A DNA stretch of 48,063 nucleotides, taken from contig DUEG01000004.1 of assembly GCA_011176615.1 (NCBI GenBank), positions 1 to 48,063 on the forward strand. The letters run 5' to 3'. This DNA is from Anaerolineae bacterium. Its GTDB lineage: Bacteria; Chloroflexota; Anaerolineae; Anaerolineales; UBA11858. Position numbers and translations under genes: made by a program. The notes below the pieces were generated by a model. That model had not been told where the DNA came from. It ran no database searches and saw only the letters and a list, made by a program, of their open reading frames with translations. Positions 46,144-48,063 of this stretch are shown piece by piece (the first letter of the stretch is position 1; the number at the start of each line of letters is the position of its first letter).

Positions 46144-46804
46144 ATACCCGTTGTACCTTTCCGATAAAATACGCAAGCCCTCCCCCAATCAGTAAAGACA
46201 AGACTCCGACAATAATAAAGGTGTCCATCCAAAATCGTACAGGAAATAACCGAATTAGTGTATCAGAATATTTAAAAAGCCAAGTGTCTCCTTTGAAAAA
46301 TATTTTGTGAAAACCGACAAAAAAAGTATTGAAACTTATCGCTAGGAAGAAAATAATTCCAATGATTAATCCACTAGTCAACATTCCCCCCGATTCCAAG
46401 GATTTCAAAAACCTCTTCCACCATTTTCCTAAAACCGCCCATAGACCAATAATAATCATTAAACTACTAGAAATTAAAAGGACATCCATTGTGCCTCTTA
46501 AAACTCTTTTAACATCACTCATGTGATTTAATTCCCGTTCATTATATATTGGGGAACCATTATCAAATTTTAAATCTTCCAGAAATTCTATACCCGCATC
46601 ATTGACGAGGTATTGACGGGATAACTCAGCCCAATATAAACGATCTTGAATCGTGAAACCAAATTCATCCTCAGGAAAATTTGGCATGCGATATTCGATT
46701 TTTAGGAACATGGGTGATAACACCAATCTGACAACACCAAGGATGATGATAATCGGTGTTAATAACACGACAAGATAATTAAAACCCTTAATAAGATACT
46801 TCAT
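46142..46804 (-). CDS. TIGR01906/DUF1461 family integral membrane protein (Lit-like)
   Basis: 220 aa and polytopic, with E..HM.DVK and FHKIFF.GD.WLF...D.LIRLFP..FW, hallmarks of DUF1461. GGAGG RBS upstream. Confidence 0.7.
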   Translation of the reverse strand: MKYLIKGFNYLVVLLTPIIIILGVVRLVLSPMFLKIEYRMPNFPEDEFGFTIQDRLYWAELSRQYLVNDAGIEFLEDLKFDNGSPIYNERELNHMSDVKRVLRGTMDVLLISSSLMIIIGLWAVLGKWWKRFLKSLESGGMLTSGLIIGIIFFLAISFNTFFVGFHKIFFKGDTWLFKYSDTLIRLFPVRFWMDTFIIVGVLSLLIGGGLAYFIGKVQRV

Positions 46805-46842
46805 TTACAAATCCTCCAATAAATAAGCGCGATTCGATTGAA

Positions 46843-48063
46843 CTATTGTAAGTCTTCTAAATTTCCTGAGAGGACATATTTCAGAACCATTCCATTTGTA
46901 ATCCACTCAATTGGTGCTCTATCATCTGTAAATACAACTTCAGAAGCAGGGGTGTCCGTAATATTCATCAGAGTCCGTTCCATTGATTCAACTAAGAGTG
47001 GATGTGTGCTTGGATCTTCTTTGAGAACAACATAGTTATTGAAAAGATTCATTACGTTTGTGGACTGTACAGTAGCATAGATAACAGAATTAAAAGTATA
47101 AGGTACGTCCATGACGTAGATAGAAGGGAAAATAGTTGAGATCGTCCCAATTAATCCGTTAATTAGTCTTCGATCATTAGGGGCTCTACCGACGTTGATT
47201 ACAAGCACGCCATCCTTGGTTAAGTGATCATGCACAATTTGAAAATACTCCTGTGTTGTTAAATGCCATGGAATATATGGAGGGCGATAGGCATCGATGC
47301 TGATAATCGAATATTTATCATGACTATGTGCCAAGCCCCATCTTCCATCAGCAGCAATTGCATTTAAATTCGGCATGTTCATTCCGAAGTATCTCCTCCC
47401 TACATTGATGATTTGAGGGTCAATTTCATAACCATCAATTGAGATTTCACCGAAGACAGCAGTTGCTTGTCGAGCGATTGTTCCACCCGCTAATCCAATA
47501 ATCGCCATGTTTTTTATGTTATTCATCTCATAAGGAAATTCATTAAAAAATGGTCCAGATAGCACTTGCATCCAAGAACCATGATAATCAAGGATAACAG
47601 GATGATACTCAGAATGAACGCCCTGCCCTTCATTTAGTCGCAGAAACCGATATCCATCTTTCTCTAAAACTTGGATATAGTTATATGCTGACTCGCTTTC
47701 ATATATTTGTCCGGTTGATCTCTTTATTGGACTATTTCCCCAGATAATTCCTAATAAAACAAGGAAAACCAACATCCACAGATAAGTTAAACCACCTCGC
47801 CAACCAACTGACATGAACATGCCTATAATTGCAACAAATACTAAATAACTGCTAAATACGACAAATGTATTTCTTGTCCCAATTGTTGGGATCATCAATA
47901 AAACCGGTAAAAACGTTCCAATAAATGAACCCAAAGTGGAAATCGCATAAATTCGTCCTGATATTCTTCCTGCTTCCTTTGGGTCTTGGATTGCTAATCG
48001 AATTGCAAACGGAGAAACTGTGCCTAACAAAGTTACCGGGATAATAAAAAGAACCATCACAGA
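46843..48063 (-). CDS. Spermidine-synthase-like (SpeE family) methyltransferase-fold protein fused to an N-terminal polytopic membrane domain; N-terminus lies beyond the window
   Basis: The ORF is open to the window end. Several TM helices are followed by the SpeE-like core (MAIIGLAGGTIARQ, YEIDP.I..V.R.YF, SIISIDAY, KDGVLVINV). Confidence 0.75.
   Translation of the reverse strand, partial: SVMVLFIIPVTLLGTVSPFAIRLAIQDPKEAGRISGRIYAISTLGSFIGTFLPVLLMIPTIGTRNTFVVFSSYLVFVAIIGMFMSVGWRGGLTYLWMLVFLVLLGIIWGNSPIKRSTGQIYESESAYNYIQVLEKDGYRFLRLNEGQGVHSEYHPVILDYHGSWMQVLSGPFFNEFPYEMNNIKNMAIIGLAGGTIARQATAVFGEISIDGYEIDPQIINVGRRYFGMNMPNLNAIAADGRWGLAHSHDKYSIISIDAYRPPYIPWHLTTQEYFQIVHDHLTKDGVLVINVGRAPNDRRLINGLIGTISTIFPSIYVMDVPYTFNSVIYATVQSTNVMNLFNNYVVLKEDPSTHPLLVESMERTLMNITDTPASEVVFTDDRAPIEWITNGMVLKYVLSGNLEDLQ

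Noticed and set aside
45903-46310. 135-aa plus-strand ORF overlapping the end of apgM and the start of the DUF1461 region
   Set aside because: It is out of frame with apgM, runs through the bidirectional terminator at 46110-46143 and is antisense to the DUF1461 gene. It has no RBS.

Overview
This window looks like ordinary core chromosome from an AT-rich bacterium (about 40% GC by eye). Thr/Pro-rich linkers in secreted proteins, an F420 gene set, an archaeal-type apgM and CBS-PPase suggest a Chloroflexota (Anaerolineae-like) origin, but that is inference only. I count about 45 protein genes. I found no rRNA, tRNA, CRISPR array, transposase, integrase, phage gene or recognisable defence gene. 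Gene blocks in order:
- panB-panE-panC.
- A tandem glycine riboswitch driving gcvH-gcvPA-gcvPB, with no gcvT in the operon.
- A TGS/uridine-kinase fusion gene.
- An aminotransferase.
- A 1041-aa SHMT-GcvT fusion gene.
- A minus-strand xanthine-dehydrogenase-family operon: a FAD+2Fe-2S fusion, a small membrane protein, a 570-aa AMP-nucleosidase-like protein, the Mo subunit and an alpha/beta hydrolase.
- A CBS-type family II pyrophosphatase.
- An eight-gene minus-strand run: SsnA-like amidohydrolase, Fno, CofE, a PPOX-class protein, CofD, CofC, an LLM oxidoreductase and a thioesterase.
- Housekeeping and envelope genes: M20 dipeptidase, DUF1385, DUF2233, YjbQ, M50 protease, FmdB zinc ribbon, TPR, LysM and LGFP-like secreted proteins.
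- mutS, an orphan MalK/MsiK-like ATPase, apgM, a DUF1461 (Lit-like) protein and a membrane-fused spermidine-synthase-like gene.
I see no clear-cut novel system. The best candidates for follow-up are:
- The SHMT-GcvT fusion, together with gcvT being absent from the riboswitch operon.
- The XDH-family operon interrupted by an Amn-like protein and a membrane protein.
- The F420 cluster, whose CofE lacks the FbiB reductase domain and which has a PPOX-class gene embedded between cofD and cofE.
All functional calls come from motif recognition by eye. No database search was run.
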